Shown in pieces: positions 41,776 through 57,064 of a DNA stretch of 64,000 bases. The notes under the pieces are model-generated. The model ran no database searches. It was not told the origin of the DNA and saw nothing but the letters and a program-made list of their open reading frames with translations. The DNA lies in assembly GCA_012295275.1 (NCBI GenBank), contig CM022665.1, forward strand, positions 44,826,001-44,890,000, written 5' to 3'. This DNA comes from Chrysomallon squamiferum. Its lineage: Eukaryota > Animalia > Mollusca. The position numbers and the translations under genes are program-made. Position 1 is the stretch's first letter; every line of letters begins with the position of its first letter.

Positions 41776-44485
41776 CAGTCCTCGGCTGAGAAATGTGATG
41801 GGGGAAGATAGCGCTAAGATCTGACTGAATTCTCGGCACACGGCGAGTGTCAGAGGAACTGTCAGAGCTTCTGTCAGAACAGCGGCTTCTCGCGGCGGCA
41901 TCGAGGATTATAAAAAAAAAAAAGTGTTGAATATGAATCGAGTTTCTGTCATGGCTAGTTTCTCTTATTTCTGTTTATTTTATTTTTTTATTTATTTTTT
42001 AGTTTTTGCTTTAGAGATTTAGAGTATTCGAGTCTATGGAGCTGACAGACATCATTATGGTCAAGAGAAAATTTAATTGCATGAATGAGTGATGTGGTGA
42101 TAAAAAAATATATATATAAATATATATACGGCATGATAAAAAGAAGAAATTTGTTTTAGACGATTCAGTAAATATTTTAGCAGAATAGACGGGTATAGAC
42201 AGACACGCCAGAAAGGTGGATAGGATAGACAGAAAGACAGACTGAAGGACGGATTGGTGGGTGAATGGACAGATGTACGGACGAATGCATGGATAGAGAG
42301 AGAAAAACAAAGACGAAAGCTGGTAGAGTGGAAGATAGATACGAAAACAAAACGTAAAATATCTTTTTTTTCTTCCTCTTCCATAATTAACTTCTCTCCC
42401 TTGATTTTTTATTGTAGGATGCCTGACCATGTTAGCACCATTTTTAAATTACCATTATTACTGCTATTAATTATTATTGTTGTTGTTGTTATTGTTATCA
42501 TTATTATTGCTGTTAATTATTATCCTGCTCCTCCTCATCATCATCATTAGTATTATTATTATTCATTTTATCATAATCATCATCATCATTATTATCATTA
42601 TTATTATTGTTGTCGTTGTCGTTGTTGTTATTTAAATTAATTTTTTTTTTTTAAATTATGCAATATAAACCATCAATCATTTTATAAACCTTCTCTTCCT
42701 AAAAAAACAAACAAAAAAAAACAAAAAAACAAAAAAACCCAAAACTCCTACAATTTAACACAATCACTGCCAATTTGCACTTTTTCTTTACACGAAAAAA
42801 AAAAAAAAAAAAAAAAAAGTAAATAAATAAATAAATAAAAATAAAAGAACAAAAAGAAAATAATTTATTCAACAACTCCTCCTCAGTTCTTCCCGAGACA
42901 ACAACAAGAAGAAGAAATCCTGTCCTTATCCACACAAAACTTAACCGAATATTTTTTTTTTTTTTTTTTTTTTTTCTCGTCAGGAATCGTTTCGCATCGT
43001 CATCATTGATGCAAACGTTTCTGCAATCACGTTATCACTCAGACGACGGCGACATTGCTAGCCGGCGGCACAATCGCAACTTCAACCCCCTCTCCCCTCC
43101 CCACCCCCACAGGAAGAGTTTCTGCTGGCGGTTATTTTAAAAGTGGAAATGCTAAGCGGAAAACGGGCTCAGGCGAGATTATTATTGTTACTGAAAAAAA
43201 AGGAAGCGCAAGGCGAATCATGACAAAACAGATGCGCCATTTTTTTTTTTTTTTTTTTTTTTTTTCTATTCGATGCTGTTTAATTGTCATTTTCGTTTTT
43301 CGCTTCAAATCGAAGGTGAATCTTTTTTTTTTTTTGTAACCCCTTTGGGCTGTTGGTGTGGTACAAACTATGATGAATGAAGACAGAAACGACACGGTTT
43401 GTTTTCTTAATGAAAAAGAAAAAAAAAAAAAAAAAAAAAAAAAGTCTCAGAAGACTCTACATTCGCACAGAATAAAATTAGGAGAAAACCACCGTGGGTG
43501 GGTGTGGGGGTGGAAATGATTATTGTATTTTAAGATACAAGATACAGGATAAATAATAAAAATCAGCAGCACTGAGTTTTTTTATTATTAATTTGTGTTT
43601 TAACAAGAATGAGTGAATAATTATTTGGTTAGCTCTTAGATCATTTAGTTTCTGTTTGTGTTTTGCGGGTTATTAACATGACTGCCGCTGTTGTTTTTGT
43701 AGCTTAGTTTTCCTTCTTCTTCTTTTTCTAATTACTAGTACTACTACTACTATTACTACTACTACTACTACCACTGCTACTACTGATGCCACTACTACTA
43801 CTACTACTATTATTATTATCATGATCATTATTATTATTATCTGCAAATTTACTATTACTATCACTATAACTATTAGTTGTAGTACTGTTATTTCTACTTC
43901 TGCTATTACTGCTACTAATACTACTTCTTCTATTACTATTACTATAAACAGTACTACTGCTACTTCTGTTACCAGTGCTACTAGATATAGAGAGAGGGAA
44001 TAACAAGATCAGTAACATTAATAAGATGAAGAAGAGAGCAGCAGTAGAAATAGAGAGTATAGAATAAAAAGTAGCAGTGTAGTAACAACAGCATCTGTAG
44101 TAAAAAAGTAATAGTAGTAGCAGTCGTAGAAGTAGTAGTAGTGAAGCTGTAGTAGAAGTAGTAGTAGTATAGTAGTACTAGAGTATAAGACACAGTAGTT
44201 TTAGTAGTAAAGTAGAAGTAATAGTAGTAGTGGTTGTAGAAGTAGTAGCAGCAACAGCAGCAACATCAGTAGTAGTAGTAGTGGTAGTAGCAGCAGCATT
44301 TGAAGTAGTAAGTAGTCCAGAAGTAGTAGTAGTAGTAGTAGTAGTCCAGTAGTAGTGGTGAAGCAGTAGTAGTAGTAGCAGCAACAGCAGCAACATCAGT
44401 AGTAGCAGTAGTAGTAGTAGTGTAGTAGGAACAGAAGTTGTATAGTAGTAGTAGTAAAAGTAGTAGTATAGAAACAGCAGCATCT

Positions 44486-44526
<41 letters not shown>

Positions 44527-44535
44527 AGTTGATGT

Positions 44536-44569
<34 letters not shown>

Positions 44570-45766
44570 TGATGTAGTAGTAGTAGTAGTAGTAGTAGTT
44601 GTAGTTGTTGTGGTGGTGGTAGTAGTAGTAAGTAGTAGTAGTAGTTGTAGTAAGCGGTAGTAGTAGTAGTAGTAGTAATAGTAGTTTAGTAGTAGTAATA
44701 TATTTGACATAGTAGTAGTAGAAGTAGTAGTAGTAGTAGTAGTAGCAGTAGTAGTAAAGAGGAACTGAAAAGCCTGTATTAAAGTGTCAAATTATGTATA
44801 GATTCTATATATTGACAGGTTTATACACATGTACTTTAATCTGATGTAAAGTACAATATCGTTAAGCATTTGTTGTTTTTTTTACATCTCTGTTCGAATA
44901 ACACTTGTAGTAACTCATTATCTGCTTCAGTTTTTGAAGAGAAACCAAATTAAAAATAAAAAGCAAAGAAGAAAATAAGTAATGAGAAAAGAAAAAAAAA
45001 ACGAAAAAAACGACCATATAATTGAACAAAAAAAAAAAAAAAGGAATAAAAAGAAAAAAAAGAAAAAAGAAAAAAAAAAAAAAAACAATAGGCAAAGAAA
45101 TAATGAAAAAAATAAAGAATTCATCTTAACATCAAGGGCGTTTCCAAAGAGGGGGGATGCAGAGGAAAAATGTCGCTGAAACATGTAGTCAATAAAAAAC
45201 TTTCAAATGGATTATAAGACTATTTACTCATGGTTTGGGGGCTTTTTTTCGTTTCAAATCTTTAAATAAAGCAGAAGATAACAATGAAGACGGTGACGAC
45301 CATATTGCAAGTTCAGTCCTTGGATATCGCGTGTTTGAATTTGCTCCGGAGGGAAATTGAGAGAGTCAGTAATAGTTTAAAGGTTATTCTATTGTTCGCG
45401 ATGCCGCTGGTAATCAATATTAATTTGTTTGTTTAAAATACATTATTGATGTATCGACGGGGTACGTGTATTTTTCTTCTTCTTCTTCTTCGTCTTCTTC
45501 TTCTTCAGCGATGAATTTTCTTTGTGAAAGTAATTGTGGAAGAGCTAAGGTTGGTTATTCCTTTGAATATCGTTTTGAGTAGGCTGATAAGTGATATTTG
45601 TTGAAAGAAGAACAATAAAAGTAAATAAAACAATAACGACAACGACAAGCAACAATAATAATAAGTAGTAGTGGTAGTTGTTGTAGTAGTTGTAGTACTA
45701 GAAGTAGTAGATGTAGTAGTAGTATTATAACAACAGCAGCAGCAAAATTAATGAGACATCATTACC

Positions 45767-45820
<54 letters not shown>

Positions 45821-46068
45821 GTTATTACTATTATTAGTTGAACTGTACATTAAAAAAAAACAATACACAGTAAAAAAAAAAATATGTGATTATAAATCAT
45901 TCGTTTTACGTTTCAATAGAATTTGGCCTAAAATAGGCTCAGCATCATAAAACGATATATTTTGTCGAACAGTATAATTTGTACGAAACGCGAAACCAGA
46001 AACTAAGGCAAATTTTTAAAGGTGATTTAATACGATATACACATTTATAATATTTTTTTTTTTTTATT

Positions 46069-46101
<33 letters not shown>

Positions 46102-47005
46102 GACTTGATTTCTTTCAAAAACCAGATAAGTAAATTAGTTTTGGAACAGAACATTTTTAAACATACAAATGCATAGCTTTATTGTTTTGTCCGGTGTAAA
46201 GTGAATATAATGTCACATAAAACTAAACGATGTGATACGAATCAACGATACAGTAGAAGACAATACGATACAATACAATACAATACAATACAATACAATA
46301 CAATACAATACAATGCGAAACAATATTATAAAATGCAAACACGATATAAAATCGTACGAAACGATATAATGAAATATATAATATGATATAGTATGATACG
46401 ACTGTAAACGAAAAAAAAAAATGATATGATGCGATATCATAAAATTTGACATGAAATTACATGATAGAAAACAAGACACTATAATAAATATTATGACAAA
46501 ATGCAAGTGGATATAAAACTATATATAATAAAATATATTATACGATACCATATAGATTATATGCTATACGATATGTCATACTCAGATGAACAAAACAAAC
46601 TGTAGTGTATTCAAATTAAAACAGCTCTGTATGTGTATGTATATTTTTCTTTCCGTATTTGATTTGATTTTGATTTTGATTTTTAATTATTTTATTTTAT
46701 TTTTATGTTGTTGTTTTTTTTTTTGTTTTTTGTGTTTTTTAATTTATTTTGTTACTTTACTTTATTTTATATATATATATTTTTTATTTATGTTTGATTT
46801 CATTCTATTTATATTTCATTTTGATTCTGATTTCGATTTTGATTTTAATTGTCATTCTTATTGATTATATTTATTTATTTATTTATTATTATTATTATTA
46901 CTATTATTATTATTATTATTCGATACACATTATTTCTATTATTTATTATTTTATTCTACTACTTCTATTTTTATTTTTTTATTATTTTTTATTTTTTTTT
47001 TTTTT

Positions 47006-47063
<58 letters not shown>

Positions 47064-47268
47064 TCTTCTTTGCCTCGGACCTGTAATGGCCGCCATCTCT
47101 TTCTGCTGTCTAACACGATTACATCCCTCCTTGCTCCTGGAGCACCGACTTATTGGATAGTTTGGTGGATTAATCAGGCGAAATAAGTGAAATAGAAAGA
47201 CTGATTTGATTAAACACTTTGCTTTAGACGTAACACTTGTGATAGCAATATAGAGATCTCTGCTCGGT

Positions 47269-47355
47269 AGTCACAAACAAAAGGTCACAAACAAAAGGTT
47301 ACTGGACGTCACAAACAAAAGGTTACTGGACGTCACAGACAAAAGGTTACTGGAT
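47269..47355. repeat. 24-bp tandem repeat (gtcacaaacaaaaggttactggac) x3
   Basis: Directly visible. Confidence 0.85.
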
Positions 47356-48255
47356 TACGAAAAAAAAGTCAGTCAGCCAAGCTGATTGGTTTGTAAACGT
47401 CTTGCTGAACTTTGACCTTTCGTCAGTTGTATAACGCAACGCGGCGTAGAATTTTTTTTTTTTTTTTTTTTGTCTTTTAATTGTTTTTTTTTTTTTTTTT
47501 TTTAACAAATAGTTTTAATAAAATGGTTGTTAATAATGTGTATTTTTTTTGTTGTTGTTGTTGTTGATGTTTTTTTTTTTTTTTTAGTTGGTACACAAAA
47601 AACTTGAGACCTAACAAAATTGTTATTAATAATGTTCTTTTTTTATTTATTTTTTTATTTTAGTTGGTCGGTTATATCATGCACGGAAAACTGCTATTAA
47701 TATTGTTATTTTTTTTACTTTAGTTTGATCAGTTATATGAAGCACGAAAAGCTTGTTTATAGCAAACTTTTATAAAAAAAATAAAAAAAAAATATTATTT
47801 TAGTTGATCAATTATATCACGCACGAAAAACTGAATCTTAACAAAACGGTTATTAATAATGTTCTTTTTTTTCTAAATTTTATTTTTTCTTCTCACGTCG
47901 ATAAATTTTTACAATGCTTCGATATTTTTTTTATTTTTTTTGTTTGTTACAAAAGACTTTTAAAGATATTACAGTACACCATAAACAAGTTTACCAAAAT
48001 CGAAATGTAAAGAAACGAAAAAAAAAAAAACCCCCCAAAACCCCAACACGTTAATTTAACAGACCTCTCTTGCTCTTAAACGATTCTGAAACAAAATAAA
48101 GTTTTTGTTTAAAGTCATTTTATTTCTGGATCATCTCAAAGAAAAGAAAAAAAAAAAAAAAAAACTGTTAAATTATTTTATCTTTCGATTATCTGAAGGA
48201 GTTTACGACGTGTTAAGTTATTTCAGCTTTGAAAAGAAAACGATCATATTTTTTG

Positions 48256-48370
<115 letters not shown>

Positions 48371-48540
48371 ACAAGATTAAGACAGATAGAGACAGACAGA
48401 CAGAAACAGAAACATCAGTGGTAGCAGTAGTAGAAATAGAAGAGAATACAGAAGATCAATAACAAGATTAATAACTGTAGTAGCATAGTGATAAGTAGTA
48501 CAAATAGAGTAGTAGAAGTAGTAATAGAAGTATAGAAGTA

Positions 48541-48625
<85 letters not shown>

Positions 48626-49154
48626 AAAAAACAAAAAAAAAAACAAAAAAAAAAAAAACCATGGTTTTTCATTCTCTAACACGATTTAACTTTGTCAAAA
48701 AAATTTTCCCCCCTTCATGACGAATCTTCATCGAGTACGTTCGTCGTTTTCCTCTACGACAATCGATAGGTACCTACGAGCCACTTACGTCTGCTAAAGT
48801 AGATTTCGGCGGGCTAAAGAATTACCCGAGCAGCCAATCGAGGGGACTAATAGCGTAGTCCTCATTCAGTTACAGACGAAGCAGACGATCAATGAACACG
48901 CATCCGACCGGACCGCGACAAGTGGATATTGTTTACGATCAGAACGAAATTGTGCAGCGTCACCCGTAATCAGAAACAGCCAAGTGGCAAAGCGTTGATG
49001 ATGAATTGTTGAAAACACGAAAAAGAAGTGTGCGCGCGCGAGCACACACACACACACGCACACGCACACGCACATACACACCTCTTGATGATATAATATT
49101 ATTTGGTTTTTTTTAAAATTATTATTATTGTTCTTGTTGTTCTTGTTGTTGTTG

Positions 49155-49197
<43 letters not shown>

Positions 49198-49425
49198 CAT
49201 TATCGTTATCGTTATCGTTATCGTTATCATTATTATCATTATCATTATTATATTTATTATTATTAAAATTATTATTTATTTATTTATTATTGGTATTGTT
49301 ACTGCTGCTGTTGTTGTTGTTGCAATTATTGCTGTTGCTATCGTTATTATCGTTAATATTATTGTGTTTCTTGTTGCTGCTGCTGTCGTCGTTGTTGTGA
49401 TTATTATTACTACTACTACTGCTGC

Positions 49426-49486
<61 letters not shown>

Positions 49487-49807
49487 ACAAAAAGGAGAGA
49501 TCAGAAAACAGAAGAAATTAAATTTTAAAATTCCAGAAATGAAGAAGTTACAAAAATAAGAAAAAGAAAAAAAAAACGTCGCTTGCCACAGTTATAAAAT
49601 ACAGAACAAAAGAACTGAACCACAGGATCAATACACGATCTGGGAATAAATCTCTATAGTAACAAAAATCTCTCTAAATAATAATATTTAACACACACAC
49701 ACAAAAAAAATATATATATAAAAATATAAAAATAACAAAAATATTGTTGCAATTTTGTTTCTAAGCTTAGAAAGGAATTACTCGTAATAATTAATCTTGT
49801 TCATGTG

Positions 49808-49846
<39 letters not shown>

Positions 49847-50506
49847 ATTAATAATAATAATAAAAAAAAGACGAAAATTAATTTAAAAAAAACACACAAA
49901 ATAACGTTCGCTTGCATACAAAACACCACAAACAACATGAACAGAAACAAGAAGAAAAAAAAATCAAAACGTACGTTTGCACTTGAGGTACACAGCACTA
50001 GTTTCAGTCTCTGAGTTAAGCCAGACTCGGTTCAATATCGGAAGTCAGAAAGACACATTAAATAATTCATTTCAACACCTGGAGCTACACCAGACACAAC
50101 GTAGAGTCGAAACCAGACTTAATTATTATTATTTTTTTTTTTATTATTATTATTATTTTTTTTTTTTTAAATAAATTACCAAGAAAAGTAACCCAGAAAA
50201 ATTTTGCCCCGGACAAAAAGCAAAGTCATCATCATCATCATCATCATCTGAGATGGATTATCTTTTTCCTTCTTTGATGTCTTCGTTGACGATGTCTTGA
50301 TGTTACAGACAAAGACGTGGTCAGATTTATGCGAGCGAGAGTGAATGTTTTTGTTGTCTGTTCTGTTTTTATTTTGTGTGTGTACATACAAAGATATATA
50401 TATGTGTGTGTGTGAGTATGTGTGTGTATATATATATATGTGTGTATATATGTGTCTATATATATATATATATATGTGTGTGTATCTGTGTGTATATATA
50501 TACATA

Positions 50507-50544
<38 letters not shown>

Positions 50545-50567
50545 CACATACATGCATATATATATAT

Positions 50568-50625
<58 letters not shown>

Positions 50626-50801
50626 CATACATACATATATATAAACACACACATTCTCTGAATTACAAATTACAATTATTAAAGATCTTCACTTTCACCG
50701 TGTTCAGTACATTATTCCACTGCTGCACCAAAAAAGAAATCATATGGAAACTAAAATTTGCCAAAAGGGAGAGAACATGAAACTATAATTTCGACATTCG
50801 T

Positions 50802-50931
<130 letters not shown>

Positions 50932-51004
50932 AGAAGAAGACGAAGAGACACAGACACAAAGATAACAGACGTACGGCGAGAGACAGATTATAAAACGTTA
51001 TTTA

Positions 51005-51673
<669 letters not shown>

Positions 51674-51826
51674 TTAAAGTAGGAATCCGGTTTTTATGAA
51701 AAAGCACTCAAAAGAAGGTAAAAAGAGAGTAATCCGGTTTTAAGCAGTATTTTTTTTTTTATTTTTTTTTTAATTTCGATAAAAGAGAATGATTCCAGTT
51801 GTGTCAAATATTTCACAAAGCATCCC

Positions 51827-51860
<34 letters not shown>

Positions 51861-52775
51861 CTTCTACAGTTTAATGTAAACGTATTCGAAGTCTCTGTAC
51901 GTTACAAAATATCATGACTTTTACAGTTCATATATATGTAAACTGTAGTTATAAGTTACCAGATACGTACATTATCTCTTTACAGTTAACACAATATGTA
52001 CATATATATATATATAACGTTTTGTAAAGATCACAAATGTGTTATCCAATTTTTTTTTACAGTTTTAGATGAAGTTGATATAATATTTTACACACACAAA
52101 AAAAAGAATAATAATAAATAAAATTAAATATTAAAAAAAAATTTAAATTAAAAAAATCCTCTCAAATTGTTATAATTATTAATTGCTGTCATTTCCAAAA
52201 CAGTGTCATTTACCACACACGTGTTACGAATATTTATCCATGTCGGTTTGTTACATTTTCAAAATACATATCACCACCCATAAAGAATTTCCACTTATGA
52301 AGAACGTGGTTACGAAGATACGTGTGCTACGATATATTATTACTTCTTTTTCCCCCGCTTTATTTGATTTCCTGTCTTACTCTCATTGTCTTTTTTTTTT
52401 TTTTTTTTTTTTTTCTTTTCATTCGTTCCAGTTTTCCCTTACAATCATTTCCCTCGCTCCGTTACTTCCCATCCCGAGGTTTCGGAACTAATCGCGAACG
52501 ACACTAAATCCATCATAACGAAAACGAGGGCGAAAACAAAATCGGCTATTTCCGTAACCCGATGATGAGTATTATCTAAACAACTAGTTTCTCAATTGAC
52601 AATTTCCACTGAACTTGAATAGTGTCATGTGAAGCAAATCGAATGGTGGTCGGTGGAGCGCTCCAGAAATATCCCTAAACAGTTCCAATAATTTATCATA
52701 TTACATCTCTCTCCAGCGCGCTGTGGGGAAGTGTTCGTTCGTCTCCAGTAAGAACCGACCAAGATAGTCTCAGTG

Positions 52776-52976
52776 AAATTCGTGTATAGCCTGTTTTAGT
52801 GGTGTGTTACAGACCGAAACCGGTTTTGGTTTCAGAAATAGTTAAATTCGTGTATAGACTGTTACAGTGGTGTGTTACTGACCGAAACCGGTTTTGGTTT
52901 CAGAAATAGTACAATTTTTGTAAAGCCTGTTTCAGTGGTGCGTTACCGACCGAAACAGGTTTTGGTTTCAGAAATA
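52776..52976. repeat. 68-bp tandem repeat x3, ~1.1 kb upstream of the start codon
   Basis: gaccgaaac(c/a)ggttttggtttcagaaata occurs at 52812, 52880 and 52948. Confidence 0.88.
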
Positions 52977-53590
52977 TTCATAAACAGTGTGAAAACAAAT
53001 CAGTCGCCACAGAATTCCTAACAAGATCTGAATTCGTTAATTCTTTGTTTCATACATTGTTAAATACATTTTTTTTGTTTCTGCTGTTGTAGTTTCATTT
53101 TCTTTATTTCTTTTCGTTTCTGTTGTTTTTGCTGTTTTAAAGACGGTTTTAATTTAGATATGTGTCTGTCTACCTCTTTCTGTTTTAATACTTCGTATAT
53201 TAATCACCAGTATGTTATGACATACGTTTTGCTATCAAAAACTTATTTGATTATAAATCTTCCACAACAGTGTTTGAGTGCAAATAAAGCCAGCTAAAGA
53301 AAATAAAAATATGTGTGTTTGATGATTTCAGAGATACGTTGTGTGTGATGAATTCAAACTTTTTGTCACCGGTTCAGACGACAAGGATTTGACACGGTCG
53401 ACACGGTCAATATAGTATCTGAAGACTTTTTTTTCTCTCTTCTCTTCTGTAATGCATAAACTTCAGAGGAATCTGCGTCCTCCTTCATTATCATCAAGCA
53501 AGAAGCACTAGAGAGTTTCCACGTCAGTCTGAAACATTCGGCTGTGTTTGGTGTCACGTTGGTGTCACCCAGTGTGTTGTAAATTAGCGA

Positions 53591-53670
53591 TGTCCAGATT
53601 GTCCGAAATTGTCCAGATTGTCCGAAATTGTCCAGATTGTCCAAAATTGTCCAGATTGGCCGAAATTGTC
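53591..53670. repeat. 19-bp (9+10) tandem repeat tgtccagat-tgtccgaaat x4
   Basis: Directly visible. Confidence 0.85.
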
Positions 53671-54856
53671 AATCCCACAGAAGTCTGAGAAAAAAAGAAA
53701 GAAAGAAGAAAAAAAAGAAGAAAGTGTTAATATCCTGATCCCTTTTGTTCTGTGTTGTCTTCGTCTTTCTTTGGTTTGTCTGAAATAAAAATAAATTAAA
53801 AATGGACAAAAAAAAAAAAAAAAAAAAAAAAATGGTTTGGTGATAGTGTGGATGGTAATAGACGAAATATTGTAAACGTAATAATACGTTTTAATTAATT
53901 ACGTTCTCGTTACGTTTGCAACGTTATAAAACCGGTGTGTCAGTTTTTTTTGTTTCCCCAGATACATTTTCTTACGTGTTATTTTTTTTACATGTGAGGC
54001 GATCGCAGTACATTTTTATTTATCACGAGTGCTAAGTTTGTAAAATTCTGTTCATGTGATTATGTGTGTACGTGTGTATATATCACGTGTGTATGCATTT
54101 ATATATTTATCTGCGTCATATATATATGAATATATCTATAAATGTATTTGAATGTGTTCATGCATGTATATTTGTAAGTATGTAAGTATTCATTAAAACA
54201 CACACATACACAAACATAAACACATTAACAGATAAATACAAGCATACACATATACATACATCCATACATATGAACACATACACACATATATACATACATA
54301 TATACATACATACATACTTAAATACATATATTATGCGTCTGCACAATTAAATATTTCAGAAACCAGGAAAAAATATATATATTTTTGAAACAAGACAAAA
54401 CACTGAAATAAAACAAAAAAAACAACAACAAAAAACAAAAACAAACACACGAGTTTCAACCAGGTTAGCCAGCCTCTCGATTTCTCTTTGAATCGATAAA
54501 AAAAAAAAAAAAAAAAAAAATCAGTCGCCTCTTAATGGAAATTACAAGAAAATGTGAAGAGACAAGGGGGAAAAGAGATCTCTTTTCTTTTTCTTTGAGC
54601 TGTTTTAATTTAACGTTGTGTTATGCCAAGTAACAGTATTAGTCAAAGTGAAATTTATGTTTCAAGCGACCTTTTAGTTTCGCTGGGAGCAGAAGAACAT
54701 GATCGCCAATTCAATCCCGTGTGCTGAGCTGCTGAACTCTTGTACTGGAACACGTGTCATCTCCAGCTACTCACTTACTTACTAGCTGTGTGCTTTGTCT
54801 TGTCTTCTCTTTTTCTGTTTGCACTAACTCTCTCTCTCTCTCTCTCTCTGTCTGTC

Positions 54857-54909
<53 letters not shown>

Positions 54910-54921
54910 ATCTATCTCTCT

Positions 54922-54952
<31 letters not shown>

Positions 54953-55190
54953 TCTTTCTATCTATTTCTCTTTTTTATCACTCTTTCTCTCTGTATCTCT
55001 TTATATATATCTCTATGTCTGTCTATCTATTATTTCTCTCTCTTTCTCTCTCTCTTTCTATTTATCTATCTACATATCTTTCTATCTATCTATTTCTCTT
55101 TTTTATCAATCTTTCTCTCTGTGTCTCTTTATATTTATCTCTATCTCTATCTCTGTCTATCTAATATCTCTCTCTCTTATTCTCTCTCTC

Positions 55191-55223
<33 letters not shown>

Positions 55224-55231
55224 CTCTCTCT

Positions 55232-55316
<85 letters not shown>

Positions 55317-55969
55317 GCTTCTTCATCTCTACTCTATCTATCCACTCTCTTTATCTCTGTTTATCTTTTTCCTTCGGTTCTGCATCTTTGCCGTCTTTTC
55401 TATCTATCTATATTGACATATCTATCTGTCTCTTTCTTTCTTTATTTATTTTCTCTGTTCTTCTCGCTTTTTTTTTCTCTACCCATATCTATTTGTCTAA
55501 CAACCACCAAGCATTCTATGAATATATGATACGTCTTTCTACCAATTTATCATCTTTTCTGTTAGTCCGTCCCATAAGTTCGTCTGTTTATATTCATTTG
55601 TGTCTGTTCTCTATCTGTTTGACATTACAGCTATTCATACATTTTTATTTACTCGTGTACAATGTAATTATATATATTTTTCCCTGTTGTTGTTGTTGTT
55701 GTTGTTGAAGTGAAATTATGAGCCAGCGAAACTTTCAACGACAACAAGAGATCTCTAAACACAATTCATATGCCAATAAAACTGTGTTATATCTGTGTGT
55801 TTTTCTGGGTTGTTTTTTTTAATGTATATATACAAACAGATATATGCGTGTGTGGACAAACATATGAAAATAGAGAAACACACAGACAGCTAGAGAGATT
55901 GATAAATATAATGAAAACGTATTTGAAGTCTCTTTACGTTACAAAATACCATGACTTTATGCGCGTGTG

Positions 55970-56016
<47 letters not shown>

Positions 56017-56977
56017 ATGTGTGTATATATAAACATGCGTGTTTGTATTTATGTCAGATGTAAATATGTACGTACGTATATGTATATATAGCTGTTAACA
56101 GAATTATGAATATAAAAGTATAATATTCGATACACACATACATCAAACAAACATGTACATACATGCATACATACAGCCAGCCATATACACTCACACACAT
56201 ATATACATACATACGTATCTACCTACCAACGTACCTACCTACCTACCTAAATACATACATAAATACAAATACATATAATATACATACTCTACACACACAC
56301 ACGCACACATACGTATAATATTCCACAAAACACTCAATGCAATGATCCATTCAACACAGTCTACAAACCATCCAAACCCTTTCTTTTTAAATCTTTAAAA
56401 AAAAATTAAAATTAAAAAATTTCAAAAATCTTCTTTTTTGATTAACTTGTCTTTTAATTAGACGTTTTATCTTCTTCCTTACTGAAAAATGATTACAGCT
56501 GGGGATTTTTTTTCCTGAGATTCTGGGTCTTCATAATTATTTTTTTTTTTTAAAATCTGATAGAAGAAATGGCGTGCACACTGCAGTGAGAGAGATTATC
56601 GTTTTGCTGAGCAGACTAATCCTGACTGATGATCTGCTTCGTTCAAGTCTCGAACCGAGAGACTCTCAGTCACCGAGGTTTGTGAAGCAGTCGCCGTTAA
56701 ACTGGATGGAAGACGTGGTCAAAGACACTGAACTGTTGTGTGTGTGTGTGTTCTGTTTGTTTGTTTGTTTGTTTATTTATTTACAGAATTGCAGTGTCAG
56801 ATACACAAGTATTGACAGACACGAACAGAGACACACACACACAGAGAGAATAAGAGAGAGACAGAGAGCGAGAGAGAGAGAGAGACAGAGAGACAGAGAG
56901 AGAGAGATAAATGAGAATGAGAGAGATAGAGAATAAGAGAGAGAGAGGAGAGAGAGAGATAAATGAGAATGAGAGAG

Positions 56978-57064
<87 letters not shown>

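Noticed and set aside
53366-53644. 92-aa minus-strand ORF upstream of the gene
   Set aside because: It starts at a non-ATG codon inside a tandem repeat, has no recognisable homology, and its phase does not join the receptor frame.
54740-55708. 322-aa Leu/Ser-rich ORF, the longest non-mGluR ORF
   Set aside because: Translation of degenerate (CT)/(CTAT) microsatellite that simply lacks stop codons.
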